NCBI GenBank assembly: GCA_963765495.1
Contig: CAVXWP010000006.1
Span: forward strand, 128,001-192,000
Direction: 5' to 3'
Length of the DNA: 64,000 bases
Source: Blastocatellia bacterium
Lineage (GTDB): Bacteria; Acidobacteriota; Blastocatellia; UBA7656
Part shown: positions 62,350 to 64,000 of the stretch, one piece after another
How positions within the stretch are numbered: the stretch's first letter is position 1
Layout: every line of letters begins with the position of its first letter
Translations under genes and position numbers: made by a program
The notes under the pieces: model-generated
What the model was told of the DNA's origin: nothing
Databases searched by the model: none
What the model saw: only the letters and a program-made list of their open reading frames with translations

Positions 62350-63030
62350 ATGGCTGAAATGTATGAAATTCCAAAGCAGCCGGATCGCGCCTATCTGAAG
62401 GCGCTGCTATCCGACCGCAATCAATACCCGGACAGAGTCGCTCGCATAGACGAGCAGTTGCGCAAGGCATTCGAGCGCAGGGTAGCGATACTTGTGCTCG
62501 ATATGTGCGGGTTTTCGCGGCTGACCATCGAATACGGCATCATCCATTATCTGGCGATGATACATCAGATGGAAGAGACCGCAACGCCTGCCGTGATCGG
62601 CAACGGCGGGCAGGTCATCAAACAGGAGGCCGACAATCTGTTTGCCATCTTCGATGACCCGGCTCACGCCCTCGAATCCGCGCTCGACATCTTTCGCGGA
62701 TTTGAAGCCGTCAACAAAGTGGTCCCGGATGCCCGCGACATTTACGGCAGCATAGGCATAGGCTTTGGCAACTCGCTCATAATCGGCGACGAAGACCTGT
62801 ACGGCTCGGAGATGAATCTGGCTTCAAAGCTCGGCGAAGACCTGGCCGAAAAGATGGAAATACTTTTGACCGAGGCAGCCTATAACGAATTGCCTTCGGG
62901 CGTCTACGCGTGCGATGCGACCAGTTTTTCCATCAGCGGCCTCGACCTTCATTGCTATCGTTTCAAAGAGAGGCTCTTCAAAAAAAATCAAACCGGCCAG
63001 TTACATCAGGAGGATTTATCGCATGGTTAA
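62350..63030 (+). CDS. Stand-alone class III adenylate/guanylate cyclase domain protein
   Basis: LVLDMCGFS (Asp1), KQEADN (Asp2), IGIGFG and GSEMNLASKL. Confidence 0.8.
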   Translation: MAEMYEIPKQPDRAYLKALLSDRNQYPDRVARIDEQLRKAFERRVAILVLDMCGFSRLTIEYGIIHYLAMIHQMEETATPAVIGNGGQVIKQEADNLFAIFDDPAHALESALDIFRGFEAVNKVVPDARDIYGSIGIGFGNSLIIGDEDLYGSEMNLASKLGEDLAEKMEILLTEAAYNELPSGVYACDATSFSISGLDLHCYRFKERLFKKNQTGQLHQEDLSHG

Positions 63031-63898
63031 GATGAGCAGGCGCGATACGATTTTAGGTCTTGGGGCAGCGGCGATTGGGACATTATTCCTGCCGAAAATG
63101 GGCGGAGCTGCCCGTCTCGAACGAGTAGTCAAAAACGGGCGACTCAAGCAATCGGTATCGTGGTGGCCTTATCAGAGCCATTTCAAGCTGCCGGACTTTT
63201 GCAAGGCCGTCGCCGATATGGGGCTGACGGCGATTGATCTGCTTTCGGAAAACGAATGGCCTGTGTTGCGCGAGCACGGGCTGATCTGTTCGATGGGATA
63301 CCCCGCCGAAGGTGCAAAGATACCCGACGGCCTGAACAAGAAAGCCAATCACGACATCATAATTAAGGGGCTTGAGACAAGCATCCCTCGCGCGGCGAAA
63401 ATGGGAGTGCCAAACCTGATAGCCTTCTTTGGCAATCGCTTCGGCATCAGTGACGCCGAGGCGATTGATAACTGTGTGGCCGGGTTGAATCGCGTAAAGA
63501 AGATGGCCGAAGATCACGGCGTGACGGTGTGTGTGGAACTGCTAAACAGCAAGGTCGATCATAAGGATTATCAGGGCGATCACACTCCATTCGGGGTGCA
63601 GGTGATAAAGGCCGTGGCATCGCCGAAAGTGAAACTGCTTTACGACATCTATCACATGCAGATAATGGAAGGCGATGTCATACGCACCATCCGCGACAAT
63701 CACGAGTACATAGCTCATTACCACACGGGCGGCGTTCCCGGTCGCCACGAAATAGACGAGACGCAGGAACTCTACTGGCCTGCCGTCTGTAGAGCCATCG
63801 TAGAGACGGGTTTCAAGGGCTATCTCGCGCACGAATTCGTGCCCACACGCGACCCGCTCACATCGCTAAAACAGGCCGTTGCGCTTTGCGATGTTTAG
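63023..63898 (+). CDS. Hydroxypyruvate isomerase-like TIM barrel protein with Tat signal
   Basis: SRRDTILG Tat motif; ELLN, LYDIYHMQIMEGD and GVPGRHE; ATG 63023 after AGGAGG. Confidence 0.88.
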   Translation: MVKMSRRDTILGLGAAAIGTLFLPKMGGAARLERVVKNGRLKQSVSWWPYQSHFKLPDFCKAVADMGLTAIDLLSENEWPVLREHGLICSMGYPAEGAKIPDGLNKKANHDIIIKGLETSIPRAAKMGVPNLIAFFGNRFGISDAEAIDNCVAGLNRVKKMAEDHGVTVCVELLNSKVDHKDYQGDHTPFGVQVIKAVASPKVKLLYDIYHMQIMEGDVIRTIRDNHEYIAHYHTGGVPGRHEIDETQELYWPAVCRAIVETGFKGYLAHEFVPTRDPLTSLKQAVALCDV

Positions 63899-63906
63899 TA
63901 CGTAAC

Positions 63907-63997
63907 GCGTGATGCGTGATTCGTGATTTAGCAGGCTTGCAAGTTGTCTTTACCAGGCAAGTTCCTCGACAGTCACGCATCACGAATCACGCATCAC
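63907..63997. repeat. Inverted heptamer arrays
   Basis: gcgtgatgcgtgattcgtgat ... gtcacgcatcacgaatcacgcatcac. Confidence 0.85.
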
Positions 63998-64000
63998 TAT

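Overview
Chromosomal window from a moderately GC-rich bacterium. Gene content and the intergenic short tandem repeats suggest Acidobacteriota/Blastocatellia, which is an inference. Core genes: xylB, two complete and evolutionarily different sdhCAB operons about 5.5 kb apart, a hybrid PAS kinase, radC, pilMNOPQ followed by a Roadblock protein, secA, ggt and a class III cyclase. There is also a stress-type cluster (VKOR-like, DUF1440, glycogen debranching-like, SDR, rhodanese, FNT). The most striking region is 42.7-58.2 kb. It holds two paralogous cassettes, each encoding a Sec-exported fibre with a peptidase-S74 chaperone plus a ~167-aa secreted partner, and each sits next to a different sensory system. 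Cassette 1 neighbours a beta-propeller histidine kinase and NarL-type regulator and shares a GCATA-N2-TATGC operator with the regulator gene. Cassette 2 neighbours an ECF sigma, a Ser/Thr kinase-AAA ATPase and an AAA-TM-WD40 protein and shares a 32-bp promoter motif with the kinase gene. The kinase carries a G7 frameshift and an amber stop. Other highlights: a probable selenocysteine rhodanese (in-frame UGA plus SECIS-like hairpin), a 156-bp MITE (17-bp TIRs, 10-bp TSD) carrying a GTAG-REP doublet, a sigma54-preceded nucleotidyltransferase-like/EEP pair, a G8 tract in the pilM promoter spacer, and families of inverted 7-9-mer tandem repeats. No rRNA, tRNA or CRISPR array was recognised.
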